The notes under the pieces: model-generated | What the model was told of the DNA's origin: nothing | Seen by the model: the letters and a program-made list of their open reading frames with translations, nothing else | The model's database searches: none | In this document: positions 44,685 through 59,400 of the stretch, in pieces | How the letters are laid out: each line of letters starts with the position of its first letter | How positions within the stretch are numbered: the first letter of the stretch is position 1 | Position numbers and translations under genes: made by a program | NCBI GenBank assembly: GCA_964016885.1 | Contig: OZ024742.1 | Coordinates: forward strand, 29,326,001-29,390,000 | Length of the DNA: 64,000 bases | Direction of reading: 5' to 3' | DNA from: Eledone cirrhosa | Taxonomy: Eukaryota

Positions 44685-45453
44685 AAATATGGTTTTATAA
44701 ATATAGTTTCCATTTAATAATATATCGTACTTTTACTCCAATAATTTGTTGAGTGCTTTTTATCAGTTATAAAAATATTTGCTTGTTGTAAACCAACAAA
44801 TTAAATATAAGTTCTACATATATATATATATATATATATATAAATGAGACGTATAGAGATTGTTTTAGCAAGAAGCTAACGGCATTCTATAACATATATG
44901 CGACTATAACGTCAAGATGGGAAAAGTAGTTAACGAAAGATTTAGGAAAAATAACTCAAACTCATCTCAAAAGAGAATCAGGATACAAATTCATCCACAG
45001 AATTTAGTAAAATCAATGGAAAAATCTATAGACCTTTAACTCATGATAAAACAAAGTTTGAAACACTTATCCTTCAATTTGGAATAACATCAAATGCTCT
45101 GTATAGTCTTAAAAGACTATTTCATGAAAACTTTCAGTGGAGATGGTCACGGTTGGATTTCATTCATCAGCAGAGCTCAACAGAAACCAGGGCTCTCACA
45201 GTAGTATAATCCGAAAAAGGGAATTCTAAAACTGGCTAGTTCGCCTTCATGTGTATTTATGAAAAAGCACACGAGGAAAAAACGGGGCTAGTGACGTCAG
45301 GATGGAAGTGAATGTTTATTTACAAGAAATAGCAGTCAAATACATTCTGAAAAAAACTCTACAAAGGAGTTCAGCAAAATAGCAATATTATCACAGTTTT
45401 TATGAAAAAAACCGGGATTACTCACAGATAGTTTAAGCACTCTAGGAAAAGAA

Positions 45454-45634
45454 TCTGTACATCAGAGTAGAATCTAAATTTTACTTCCTCAGCAGAAAAT
45501 TGATAGTGACCTCGCAGTTTCATTAAAGCTACACTTGGCTGTGTCTTTCTTTCGTGTAGCTTTAATGAAACTGCGAGGTCACTATCAATTTTCTGCTGAG
45601 GAAGTAAAGTTTAGATTCTACTCTGATGTACAGA
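45454..45634. repeat. Inverted repeat with arms of about 81 bp and a 19-nt loop
   Basis: TCTGTACATCAGAGTAGAATCTAAA...AAAGCTACAC / GTGTAGCTTT...TTTAGATTCTACTCTGATGTACAGA. Confidence 0.9.
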
Positions 45635-45820
45635 GTGTTCAGTGAGGTAAAATTTGTAAAGGATTTTAAACACACATTCTGGTGCATATATCTCTGTGTG
45701 TGTGTATGGCTACATATATGTCTATGTGTATGTGTTTCTGTTTGTGTGTGTGGGTACATATATGTGTATGTATGTGTGTGTGCCTCTCTGTGTGTACATA
45801 TACGTGCATATGTGTGGGCC

Positions 45821-45869
<49 letters not shown>

Positions 45870-45889
45870 ATATATATATATGTAGGTAT

Positions 45890-48800
45890 AAGTATGTGTG
45901 TGTTTGCATGTATTCATTATATATATATGTATGTGTATGTATGTGTGTATGTATGTGTGTATGTAAGTGTGTGTGTTTTTGCATGTATTCATTATATATA
46001 TATATGTGTGTGTATGTATATGTGTATGTAAGTGTGTGTGTTTTTGCATGTATTCATTATATATATATATATATGTGTGTATGTGTGTATGTAAGTGTGT
46101 GTGTCTTTGCATGTATTCATTATATATATATATATGTGTATGTATATGTGTATGTAAGTGTGTGTGTGTTTGCATGTATTCATTATATATATATATATGT
46201 GTATGTAAGTGTGTGTGTGTTTGCATGTATTCATTATATATATATATATGTGTGTGTATGTGTGTATGTAAGTGTGTGTGTCTTTGCATGTATTCATTAT
46301 ATATATATATGTGTGTGTATGTGTGTATGTAAGTGTGTGTGTCTTTGCATGTATTCATTATATATATATATGTGTGTGTATGTGTGTATGTAAGTGTGTG
46401 TGTGTTTGCATGTATTCATTATATATATATATGTGTGTGTATGTGTGTATGTAAGTATGTGTGTGTTTGCATGTATTCATTATATATATATATGTGTATG
46501 TATATGTGTATGTAAGTGTGTGTGTCTTTGCATGTATTCATTATATATATATATGTGTGTGTATGTATATGTGTATGTAAGTGTGTGTGTTTGCATGTAT
46601 TCATTATATATATATATATATGTGTGTATGTGTATGTGTATGTAAGTGTGTGTGTGTTTGCATGTATTCATTATATATATATATATATATGTATGTATAT
46701 GTGTATGTAAGTGTGTGTGTTTGCATGTATTCATTATATATATATATATGTGTGTGTATGTATATGTGTATGTAAGTGTGTGTGTGTTTGCATGTATTCA
46801 TTATATATATATATATGTGTGTGTATGTATATGTGTATGTAAGTGTGTGTGTGTTTGCATGTATTCATTATATATATATATATGTGTGTGTATGTGTATG
46901 TGTATGTAAGTGTGTGTGTGTTTGCATGTATTCATTATATATATATATATGTGTGTGTATGTGTGTATGTAAGTATGTGTGTGTTTGCATGTATTCATTA
47001 TATATATATATGTGTGTGTATATGTGTATGTGTATGTAAGTGTGTGTGTGTTTGCATGTATTCATTATATATATATATGTGTGTGTATGTATATGTGTAT
47101 GTAAGTGTGTGTGTGTTTGCATGTATTCATTATATATATATATATGTGTGTGTATGTATATGTGTATGTAAGTGTGTGTGTGTTTGCATGTATTCATTAT
47201 ATATATATATATGTGTGTGTATGTGTATGTGTATGTAAGTGTGTGTGTGTTTGCATGTATTCATTATATATATATATATGTGTGTGTATGTATATGTGTA
47301 TGTAAGTGTGTGTGTGTTTGCATGTATTCATTATATATATATATATGTGTGTGTATGTATATGTGTATGTAAGTGTGTGTGTGTTTGCATGTATTCATTA
47401 TATATATATATATGTGTGTGTATGTGTATGTGTATGTAAGTGTGTGTGTGTTTGCATGTATTCATTATATATATATATATGTGTGTGTATGTGTGTATGT
47501 AAGTATGTGTGTGTTTGCATGTATTCATTATATATATATATGTGTGTGTATATGTGTATGTGTATGTAAGTGTGTGTGTGTTTGCATGTATTCATTATAT
47601 ATATATATGTGTGTGTATGTGTGTATGTAAGTATGTGTGTGTTTGCATGTATTCATTATATATATATATGTGTGTGTATGTATATGTGTATGTAAGTGTG
47701 TGTGTGTTTGCATGTATTCATTATATATATATATATGTGTGTGTATGTATATGTGTATGTAAGTGTGTGTGTGTTTGCATGTATTCATTATATATATATA
47801 TATGTGTGTGTATGTGTATGTGTATGTAAGTGTGTGTGTGTTTGCATGTATTCATTATATATATATATATGTGTGTGTATGTGTGTATGTAAGTATGTGT
47901 GTGTTTGCATGTATTCATTATATATATATATGTGTGTGTATATGTGTATGTGTATGTAAGTGTGTGTGTGTTTGCATGTATTCATTATATATATATATGT
48001 GTGTGTATGTGTGTATGTAAGTATGTGTGTGTTTGCATGTATTCATTATATATATATATGTGTGTGTATGTATATGTGTATGTAAGTGTGTGTGTGTTTG
48101 CATGTATTCATTATATATATATATATGTGTGTGTATGTATATGTGTATGTAAGTGTGTGTGTGTTTGCATGTATTCATTATATATATATATATGTGTGTG
48201 TATGTGTATGTGTATGTAAGTGTGTGTGTGTTTGCATGTATTCATTATATATATATATATGTGTGTGTATGTATATGTGTATGTAAGTGTGTGTGTGTTT
48301 GCATGTATTCATTATATATATATATATGTGTGTGTATGTATATGTGTATGTAAGTGTGTGTGTGTTTGCATGTATTCATTATATATATATATATGTGTGT
48401 GTATGTGTATGTGTATGTAAGTGTGTGTGTGTTTGCATGTATTCATTATATATATATATATGTGTGTGTATGTGTGTATGTAAGTATGTGTGTGTTTGCA
48501 TGTATTCATTATATATATATATGTGTGTGTATATGTGTATGTGTATGTAAGTGTGTGTGTGTTTGCATGTATTCATTATATATATATATGTGTGTGTATG
48601 TGTGTATGTAAGTATGTGTGTGTTTGCATGTATTCATTATATATATATATGTGTGTGTATGTATATGTGTATGTAAGTGTGTGTGTGTTTGCATGTATTC
48701 ATTATATATATATATATGTGTGTGTATGTATATGTGTATGTAAGTGTGTGTGTGTTTGCATGTATTCATTATATATATATATATGTGTGTGTATGTATAT

Positions 48801-49064
48801 GTGTATGTAAGTGTGTGTGTGTTTGCATGTATTCATTATATATATATATATGTGTGTGTATGTGTATGTGTATGTAAGTGTGTGTGTGTTTGCATGTATT
48901 CATTATATATATATATATGTGTGTGTATGTATATGTGTATGTAAGTGTGTGTGTGTTTGCATGTATTCATTATATATATATATATGTGTGTGTATGTGTG
49001 TATGTAAGTATGTGTGTGTTTGCATGTATTCATTATATATATATATGTGTGTGTATATGTGTGT
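45890..49064. repeat. Minisatellite, 61-67 bp unit, roughly 48 copies, partial 390-bp higher-order period
   Basis: Unit GTAAGT(GT)nTTGCATGTATTCAT(TA)nTGTGTGTGTATG...; identical ORF translations recur 390 bp apart (47306/47696, 47373/47763, 47509/47899). Confidence 0.95.
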
Positions 49065-50144
49065 GCCTACTTAGATCTTTTTTCTCGCTGTATTTGTATA
49101 TCTGTAAATATATATATGATGGATACACGTGCATGTAATTATTTAAATTATAACTCGTATGTATGTTTGTGTGCGTGTGTGTATGTGTGTGTATGTGTGT
49201 ATATATTTGTGTATGTATGTATCTATGTATGTGTGTATGAATGCATGTATGTATGTGTGTGTGTGTATATATGAATGTATATATGTATATATGTATGTGT
49301 GTATGTATATATGTATATATGAATGTAAGTATGTATGTGTGTATATTTGTATCTGTGTGTATGAATGCATGTATGTATGTGTATGTGTATATATGAATGT
49401 ATGTATGTATGTGTGTGTGTGTGTGTGTGTGTATGTATATATGTATGTATCTAAGTATGTATGTGTGTATGTATGTATATATGTATGTGTGTATGTATAT
49501 GTGTATGTATCTATGTATGTATCTATGTATGTGTGTATGAATGCATGTATGTATGTGTGTGTGTGTGTGTATATATGAATGTATGTATGTATGTATGTAT
49601 ATATGTATGTGTGTATGTATATATGTATATATGAATGTAAGTATGTATGTGTGTATATATGTATCTGTGTGTATGAATGCATGCATGTATGTGTATGTGT
49701 ATATATGAATGTATGTATGTATGTGTGTATGTGTGTGTGGGTATGTATCTATGTATGTATCTATGTATGTATCTATGTATGTGTGTATGTATGTATATAT
49801 GTATGTATGTGTGTATGTATATGTGTATGTATCTATGTATGTATCTATGTATGTGTGTATGGATGCTTGTATGTATGTGTGTGTGTGTATATATGAATGT
49901 ATGTATGAATGTATGTATGTATGTATGTGTGTATGTATGTGTGTGTATGTATCTATGCATGTATCTATGTATGTATGTGTATATGTATATGTGTATGTAT
50001 GTATCTATGTATGTATGTATGTATGAATGTATGTATGTCTGTGAGCGTGAGAGTTCGAAATAAACATCACCATGACTGCTTGATATTATATATGCTTTCG
50101 GTGTATACATGTGTGTGTATACACGCATGCGCATATATACATAG

Positions 50145-50270
<126 letters not shown>

Positions 50271-50504
50271 TATATTTATCATATATATATATACACAGGC
50301 AACTGTGTTTTTCTGTGTGCATTTTCTGCTTATATATTTGTGTGTGTGTGTGTATATATGTATTTACATATGAATATAAATTTATATTTATACATATATA
50401 CATATGTATATATATGAGAGGGAGAAGAGATTTGTATACGTAAATATATGCATATACATACATACACACACACATATATATACATATACATATATATGTA
50501 TACA

Positions 50505-50620
<116 letters not shown>

Positions 50621-50645
50621 TATACATATATATACATATATAAAT

Positions 50646-50680
<35 letters not shown>

Positions 50681-50737
50681 GATATAGGTGTGTATGTGAG
50701 AGAGAGTGTGTATGGGAGAGAATGTGTGTGAGAGAAT

Positions 50738-50811
<74 letters not shown>

Positions 50812-51207
50812 AAGAGTGTGTGTAGATTATAGTTGGGTTATTGTTTCTCATAAAAATATTTTTCCCCTTTGTCTTTCGTTCCATGATTTTATTTTGTGTT
50901 TTATTGTTATTGTTGTTTTTTAAATGAATAACTAATTGATTTATTTATAATCATTCCGATTGTATCTAATCGATTCTGATTAAATTTGCCAATCTTAACG
51001 AATATTCGCAGTAGTGAGGTAACATTCTACACAGTTGCTTCATAGGCATTACTACTCTACTATATCATGGCATCCACGTAATGAATGTAGGTGGCTCTGT
51101 GGTTAGGGTGTTCAGCTCAGACGATCGCAAGGTTGTGTGTTTGTAAGAAATATGTCTGTCATGAGAAATGCTTCAATGAGAGTAAATTAAAAGGCTAAAC
51201 AATAATG

Positions 51208-51825
51208 GTTTCTTATATATAGGCACAAGGACAGCAATTTTGGGGGAGGGGAAAGTCGATTAAATCGACCCCAGTGCATTACTGGTGCTTTAATTTATCG
51301 ACAGCGTAAGGATGAAACGCAAAGCTAACCTCGTCGGGATTTGAACTCGGAACGTAATGAGACGTAACTCTATGCCGCAAAGCATGTTGTCCGACGCTCT
51401 ACCGTTACTGCCTATTCACTAGCCTCAATAATAATTGTTTCTACTTTTGGCACAAGGCCAGCAAATACCCAGTGCATTACTGGTACTTTATTTTATCGAC
51501 CCCGTAAGGATGAAAGGCAAAGTCAACCTCGGCGGGATTTGAACTAAGAATGGCAAGGGCCGTAACTCTATGCGTCAAAACATGACCTCTGACCCTCTAC
51601 CGATACTGCCAATCCACCGTCATCAATAATAATAATAACTGTTTCTACTATAGGCACAAGGTCAGTAATTTAAATCAACCCCAGTGCATTATTTATCGAC
51701 CCCGTAAGGATGAACTGCAAAGCTAACCCCGGCGGGATTTGAACTCAGAATGTAAAGGGACGTAACTCTATGCTACAAAGCATATTGTCCGCCGCTCTAC
51801 CATTTCTATCAATGCACTGTCCTTA
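51208..51825 (-). mobile_element. Three tandem family 1 SINEs joined by (AAT)n
   Basis: Three copies of GGCACAAGG...CGTAAGGATGAA...GGGATTTGAACT...CGTAACTCTATG. Confidence 0.9.
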
Positions 51826-52732
51826 AATATCTATTAAATAAAATAAAAATAAAGCAAGGAGACTATATCTGTTAACTTACGTAACGTAAGGTTAACTTAA
51901 CATTACTACGTAGACAAATACTTTACAGTTAATCCAAGATTAATTACAGCAAAAATAATTGTTTCCACATTTGGTACACGACCAACAATGAGAAGAAATA
52001 GAGAAGGTCGATTAAATTGTCCCCAGTGTATTACTGTCACGCTTATCAAATTTTACTAATCTATCTCTCTATAATTTTAAGTGGTAGCATTCCTGTGACA
52101 ATTACTTTTCTTTAGACATTAAAAAACATTATACATGACAAAAAAGGACATCTCAATATGTAAATTAAACGACTAATTCTGGTTTTTAAAAAAATCAACG
52201 TAGAAAGCCTAAAAAAAATATCGATTTTCCTCCGCCCCCCTTCACGAGTATTCCACCCAATCCCTCTCGCCCCACCCGTACTTGTCCCACCCCACCCACT
52301 ATTATTTTGGACCCGAGATTAAGTTGACAGGTTAATGTATCGAACGAAATGGCTTCGATAAAGGTTTAAAATATATCATTTTTCTATCATTCGACTTCGA
52401 AATAATAAAAGACATTGTTAATCTCAACGAGATTTGAACTCGAAGTGCAAAGAACCGAAGTATGTTCCACAAGGCATCTAGTCAGACATTCAAACAATTA
52501 CACTGACACTGGGTATTTGAGCTCAGCAGGATTTGAACTCAGACCAGACAGAACTGGAAGAACTACAAGATATTTAATGCAACACTAATGTATCCCTATT
52601 CACCACCTATATAACCTTAGGACACAGCGGGATTTGAACTCAGACCAGAGGGAACTGGAAGAAATACCACAAGATATTTAATGTGACACTAATGTCTACC
52701 TATATAACGTTTGTTATAATGTAATCCCCCCT

Positions 52733-52925
52733 AAGGACGGTAGATTGGCAATATCGGTAGGGAGTCGGACACCATGCTTTGCAGCATAAAGTTACGGCCC
52801 TTTATGATCTGAGTTCAAATCCCCCCGAGGTTAACTTTGCCTTTAATCCTTACGGGGTCGATAAAATAAAGTACCTGTCACGCACTGGTTCGATTTAATC
52901 AACTTTCCCCTCCCCTAAAATTGCT
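52733..52925 (+). mobile_element. Family 1 SINE (+ strand)
   Basis: AAGGACGGTAGATTGGCA...GAGTTCAAATCCCCCCGAGG...TCCTTACGGGGTCGATAAAATAAAGTACC. Confidence 0.85.
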
Positions 52926-52957
52926 ATATATGAAACTGTTATAATGTAATCCCTTTC

Positions 52958-53280
52958 GTGAAAGTGCGTGGCTTTATGGTTAGGCTATTCGGCTCACGAT
53001 CGTAAGGTCGTGAGTTCGATTCCCGACGGTGCATTGTGTCCTTGAGCAAAACACTTTATATCACGTTGCTCCAGACCATTCAGTTGGCAAAAATGAGCAG
53101 TACCTGTAATTCTAAAGGCCAGCCTTGCCACATTCTGTATAATGCCGAATCTCCCTGAGAACTACATTAAGGGTATGAGAGTTTGTGGAATGCTCAGCCC
53201 CTTGCACGTTAATTTCCCGATCAGGCTGTTCCGTTGATCACATCAACAAGAATATTCGTCGTCGTAACCGACGGAGAGCC
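52958..53280 (+). mobile_element. Full-length tRNA-derived CORE-like SINE (family 2)
   Basis: TGGCTTTATGG A box, GAGTTCGATTCCC B box, TGTGTCCTTGAGCAAAACACTT core-like motif. Confidence 0.85.
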
Positions 53281-53638
53281 ACTACTGTTACTACTATAAA
53301 TCCCGTTAACTTTGACCTATGGGGCCATACACAAAGCTCCCTCTCCTGGGTAATTAATGAAAAATAGTGTTAGGTTGACGTGATCAAAGAAAATAACGAA
53401 GGTTTTTTATTTTTGTTATTATCAGATCTTTATTCATTGATCAATGTTAAATATTTACTGTTCTCACAGCATTCTAACATTACTGTCTCTCCTATCTACA
53501 GTCTGTTATTCGTTTCTTCGCTTTCTTAGACAACGCCATTAACCTTAGTTGTCCTGAAAGATATTTAATGGTAACTAGGAATTTCCTGCTTTCACGTTGT
53601 CTATTAACACTTTACATCCTGTATCACATGAAACGCAT

Positions 53639-53790
53639 GGTGAAGACGCATGGCTTAGTGGTTAGAGCATTGGGCTTGCAATCGAAAGGTTGTGAGTTCA
53701 ATTCTCTGACCGGCTGATGTGTTGTTTCTTTGAGCAAGACACTTTATTTCACCTTGCTCCAGTTTACTCAGCTATAGAAATGAGATGATA
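53639..53790 (+). mobile_element. Family 2 SINE, 5' part
   Basis: TGGCTTAGTGG, GAGTTCAATTC, TTGAGCAAGACACTTTATTTCAC. Confidence 0.8.
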
Positions 53791-54546
53791 GGACTTGGGT
53801 CCCTATCTTTAAATTACACAAGACACCTCCAACGAGATATACCTTGGAGGAGGCCAGCTAAACCTGCATAGGTGTGAGCTGTCACACATACACACACACA
53901 CATATGAAACCACATTAACAAAACATTATTAAAACCACACTATGATTGCATCACATTAACAACTAACAAGTTTTTAACTCTTCTTTAACTCATCTAAAGG
54001 GCTTCTACACAGTTTCGGTCTTTCCAATTTCACTTACAAGGAACGGGTTGACCTGAGGACGTGGTAAATGTCAGTTATCGAAAATGCTACACAGTAGGAT
54101 CAAACCAGTGATTTAATGATTGCGACGCGACACGAACTCCTTAGCCATTTTACAGTACTTTGACAATAATTTGGCAGTCCACAATCAACAAGGAATGTTC
54201 AAAGGAAACACCGGTTCCTCGGTCAGGTCTGACGACCGGCTCATTTCTTGATCTTACTTAAACAAAATTAAATTAGACATTATTATTTATATGATATATG
54301 TCCCTAGGAAACGTTACAGGGAAGTACTTTTTCTTCTACTTCGTCTTCTTCTTATTATTATTATTATTGAAAGCTATGGTTGACGGAGGCTCGGCTCTGT
54401 AAGGTATTGTAAATTTTGACCGCTATAACAATTGTAAATTGTTTAAAACTTTAACCAAATTGTAGACAAAAACACCCTCCTCCTCGTGAGAGAGGTCTTT
54501 CTGCCCGTTATCTTCTTCCTCAATCGTCACTACAGCAGAGAGAAGA

Positions 54547-56048
54547 TTGTCTCTCTCCCTCCCTTCTCTAAATGTGTCTATCTCCCTCCCTTCTCTTTCG
54601 CAAGCGACGCAAGAAAAGAAAAATCACGTGCAAAGCGTGCAAGATTTCTGCACGACGACGACGACAATGACGAAAAAGGTGTGCGGGAAATACGAAAACC
54701 CATTTCATTCGTCTGACGTCAGGAATAATAGCAGTAGCAGTCGTAATAACAGCAGCAGCAGCAACAGTGACAAGGAAAACAACAGTAGCAGCCGCAACAG
54801 CATCAACAGCAGCAGCATAAACAACAACAGCATTAGAAGCAACAGCAACAACAACAGCAGCAGCAGCAGCAACAACAACAACAACCACAGCAACAGCGGC
54901 GGCGGCAGTAGTCGTAGTACCTGCAGCAACAACAAAAGTAACAGCAGCTCTGACGACAACAACAACAACAACAGCAGCAAAGAAAAACCAATCTCGTTTG
55001 CAGGTTTCGCAAAGAACCTGGAAACCATCCTCATAACAAATAAGGAATTAAAGGAAGCGAAGAAGATGATGACGAAAACTGGACACCGAGCAATCTGCAA
55101 GGCAGCCGAAAATTTTTTCGAAACCCAACAGCACTGTACGGTCACGTACCGTACAGTAAGCACAAAATCCCGTAGGGTTGAAAATTGTGAGGGTCAAACT
55201 GACCCACATCAGCCCCCGGGATGGCTCCTTCTTGGCTGGCCGCGTCTGTCCTCGTCGGAATCGAGGACAAAATAACTGAACTGCAAGTACAGAAAAAAGT
55301 AAGAGAAGATTGGGTCGGCACCTCCATTGAGATGTTAATCCAAACCAACCAGGAGTGCATCGAAGCTATCCCGGATGTGATAGACTTCGATAACGGCACT
55401 CAACTGCCCATAAGTGTTGAGGGCAAACGCCCGAAATGCTTTCGCTGTGGATCGAAGACTCACCTCAGGGCCTTCTGCAACGAGAAGACCCTGAGAAAGG
55501 AGAAAACCCCCCTCCTTTCGAAACCGGCTCCACGGCTATCAGCAACAGGACAAGCGGCAACCAGGAACTATAGGTCCGTGGCACCCATACCCACGCCACG
55601 GAAATCAAAAACAGCAGCAGCAGTGGAAGTATTAACAACAGCAACAGCGATACAAAATGCAGCTGCAACAGAGACTCCAGTGCAAACATCACCAACAACA
55701 ACAAGTGAAAGAGTGGAGCTGGTACCACTCCCCGACCTCACAGAATCAGACATGGAGTGTGAGGTGGGAGAGGGATGGCAAAAGGTCGTAAGAATGCACA
55801 AACGCAGAAGCAGCGCATCGTCGCCTTCGAAAAGGGAGGAAAGAAATGAAAGAAATGAAAAAAGGGTAAATAGACTCACAGCAGCAACACCACCAACACC
55901 ATCACCATCCACACTAGCACCACCATCACCACCGGCGACAACCCCACCGCCAACAACAACAACAACTTCAACACCACAACCACAAGCACCAACATCGCAA
56001 ACACAACAACAAAACACACCACACCCAGCAACAACGACAAGAAAATAG
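54547..56048 (+). pseudogene. LINE ORF1 (gag-like, zinc knuckle), frameshifted
   Basis: VEGKRPKCFRCGSKTHLRAFC (C-x2-C-x4-H-x4-C) and GWQKV motif, S/N- and P/T-rich linkers; frame change near 55200. Confidence 0.75.
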
Positions 56049-56433
56049 CAGAACCACACCCCACCCCCAGAAAAACAAATGCACGGCAATAAATACACAC
56101 ATTGAACACACAGACATTTCACAGCACGACTACATAATACCAGCACCAATCAAAACACCAACGAACATAAGAGTGCTAAAAATAGCACAGAAACAATACA
56201 CAAACATTAAAACGAAATTCCCCAACGCAATTGGTGATTTCAGAGACCTAGGAGGGACTCTCAACCGGAGAGTATATTCGGACATACTCATAGAAGAGCC
56301 GACGACCAGCCGAAGGGACGATTCAACGGTCCCTTCACCAGACGATCAAGTGAAAAGGGATGGAAAAAACCATCCTTCCTCTACGAAAAGTACGGTAAGT
56401 GGTCTTTCCTATCTTTTCCACTCTATTTTAAAC

Positions 56434-59400
56434 ATGACCTCACTCTGAATAGGCAGCATAAATGCGCGTGGCTTGGGGTCGTCATGGAAGCAGGGTCACC
56501 TGCTCAACGACCTCAGGTCACTAAACATAGGTGTAGTGGCCATCAGCGAGACCAGAATCTCCGAAGCACGGGCCTTCGCACCGATCTTCGGCGGCTACGA
56601 TGTGTACGCATCTCCCAGCCGTCCTGGATCGGGGGGAGGAGTTGCTGTGCTTTTTCGGAGAGGTTTGGATCTCGCCATACGGGCCATCTTCCTGGACCCA
56701 GAGGGTAAGTTGGTGGTGCTAGACGTGATCAGCGGAGACGGGCAAGCTTTCAGGCTAGTGGCCGTCTATGCCCCGACAGGAGCAGGGCGGCCTGATTTCT
56801 TCCGGCGTCTGGAGACCTTTCTTGGAACGTCCCGCTCTTTAGTGTTAGTGGGCGACTGGAACGGGATCTTAGATGCACGCTGGGACTGTATGGGATTAGC
56901 GGATAGGGGTGGATGGTGCAAGAGCCTCACCAACCTGCTCAGGCGTTTTGAACTGTCTGACAGGTACCGATTGGATTTCCCGAATGTGCCAATGTGGTCT
57001 TGGACAAATCGCATAGGGTCATCCAGATCATATCTAGATAGAGTAATTTGTAGGGAAATAGATAGGTCTAGCATAGGCTGTCCACAATTCAAGATAGTCA
57101 GCTACACGGACCACAAATTCGTGATCTGTGTGCTTGACTTAGATAGGCTTCATAGACGAGGACCCGGCTACTGGAAGCTAAACGCGTCCTTACCAGCGCG
57201 CAAGGCCTACAGAGACCAGATTAGCGAACCAGTTAAGCGGGCGTTGACGGGGGCCATCCTCAACAACAAGTGGTGGTTTGCTCTGAAAAGAGCGATTAGA
57301 ATAGAATCCATTAGGTTTAGTAAGGCTTTAGCAATAGAGAAAAATAGAGCAGAGGGAGAACTAGTTAGAAAATTAGACGAGGCGCTTAGCAAAGGCATCG
57401 CGACCGACGTGCTTGCGGCGAAATTGGCCCTTGACCAATTCTTCAATACAAAGCACGAAGGCTGCGTTGTCAGAGCTAGGGTGCGTGCTCTCAGACACGA
57501 GGGGACGAAAGCCGTTCAATGGGCCCGAGTGGCGGAGGCGCGTCGTGGCAACAAACCCACGATCCGGTCTTTGGTGGACCACGACGGGCGCATGCTACTC
57601 GATCCCGGGCAAATGTGTGAAGCTTTTCAGCGACACTTCGCTCAGCTGTTCGGGGGTAGCGGCGGGCCGGGTCGGGGGATGGACTTTAGTGTCTACCTCG
57701 ACGGACTGCCGTGGATCTCGGCCACTGAGGCGGAGTGTTGCGAAAAGGCGATAACAGCCGCTGAAGTACGGGAGGCAATGACTGGCTGCACAAGGGGTAA
57801 ATCGCCTGGTTTGGATGGTCTGCCCTATGAACTTTACGTACAGATGCCAGACTTGTTCGGAGGCATCTTGGCGGACGTCTACTGTAACTGGCAACAGAAC
57901 GGGAGAATTTTCCCAGCTCTGTGAGCCGAGGAGCGGTGGCACTGCTGAGAAAGGATCCGAACAAGGGGGATAACATAGATAATTTCAGGCCCATAACTCT
58001 GCTAAACACAGAGTTCAAGATTTTGGCCAAGGTGCTAGCAAAGAGGTTGGCGCTTGTCGTTGGTGTTCTGGTGGGAGAGGCGCAGACATGCGCCATTCCC
58101 GACAGATCCATCCAAGACAACCTCCACCTCATGCGATACATCGTAGAGAGGGTAGGTAGGGATTCTGGCACGAGTGGGTCCTTGATCAATTTAGATCAGT
58201 CGAAAGCTTTCGATAAGGTCGACCATCGTTACCTAGCGGCAGTCCTGAGGGCGGCTGGCTTTGGGCCCGTCTTCAGAGGCTGGATCGCTTCCATGCACAG
58301 CGACATCTGCTCTGTTGTGAGAGTGAACGGTCACCTTTCGGAACCGTTCAACATCATGCGCTCGGTCCGCCAAGGATGTCCCCTCTCGTCCCTCTTGTAC
58401 GTATTGACTCTCGAGCCATTACTGCACAAACTGGAGACGTTGAGGGGCGTCCCGCGCGAACTAGGCTGCGGAAGATCCGTGTCAGCATATGCGGACGATG
58501 TCAGCGTAGTGGTGTCGAACGCCAAACACATCCAGGCGATCGGCACTACACTAAGAGAATACGAAGCGGTGACAGGAGCAATGATCAACCAGGAAAGTCA
58601 GTGGGCCTGCAGCTCGGCACCTGGAGAGGCAGGTCCATGCCGTCCAACAGCGTCGTCGGACGCTGGACGGACGGACCGGTTAAATTGCTTGGGGTTTGGT
58701 TCGGTCCGGACCTCCAGACGGACAAATACTGGGACGAGGTGACGAGCAGGGTGGCTTCTCTCACCCAGAAATGGGCGGAGAGGAAGCTATCCCTGAAAGG
58801 TCGAGCGGAGGTGGCTAACGCGTACATCGCGTCTGTCATCTGCTACCGCCTGACCGTCGTACGTTGTCCTAAGCCCCGCCTGACTGCGCTGGAACGTTTG
58901 CTCTGTCGTTTTTTGTGGAAGGGACGCGCTCCGATGGTCAGGCGGTCCATCTGCTGTCGACACCCGCTACGTGGAGGGCTGGGCATGCCGTGGCTGATGA
59001 TGCGCAGATACGCGCTGAGGCTACGACATCTCCACCTCTTCCTCGACGGTGATCAGGTGTGGTCGCCGTTTGCTGGACACGTATTTCCCCAGCTCGTTTC
59101 CTTGACGGAGTTGCAGTCCTGGGTCAAGCGAAGACCGAGAGGGAGCGCCTGGAGACTGGAATGTCTTCAGGCGCTCACAGCCCTCGACCAATCGAGCAAT
59201 TTGATCGGTGGAAACTCCACCTCGGCGTTCTATAGAGGATTAGTGGAGGGGAAGAGCGCTGACGTACTTGGGGAAGCTCTAGGCGTCGACGAAAATCAAC
59301 TAGCCAATCTCTTCGGAAGAACTTTCGGGCCGAGGAGCCTTGCCAGTTCGAGATAAACTCTACATGTATGGAGGTGCCGTCAGCCGGGCATGTCCGAGAT

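Larger units (their letters stand above)
44353..44818 (+). mobile_element. PLE-like fold-back insert, family C, with two hammerheads
   Basis: Arms about 44353-44547 and 44582-44730, with an internal duplication of about 48 bp in the left arm. The right arm extends to an ACTCC...GAGTGCTT terminus. Confidence 0.8.

Noticed and set aside
45890-49064. CRISPR-like regular array
   Set aside because: No unique spacers, no cas genes, eukaryotic context.
52965-53030. tRNA gene (also 53648-53710 and 35590-35655)
   Set aside because: A/B boxes run into SINE body sequence and no intact cloverleaf is evident.
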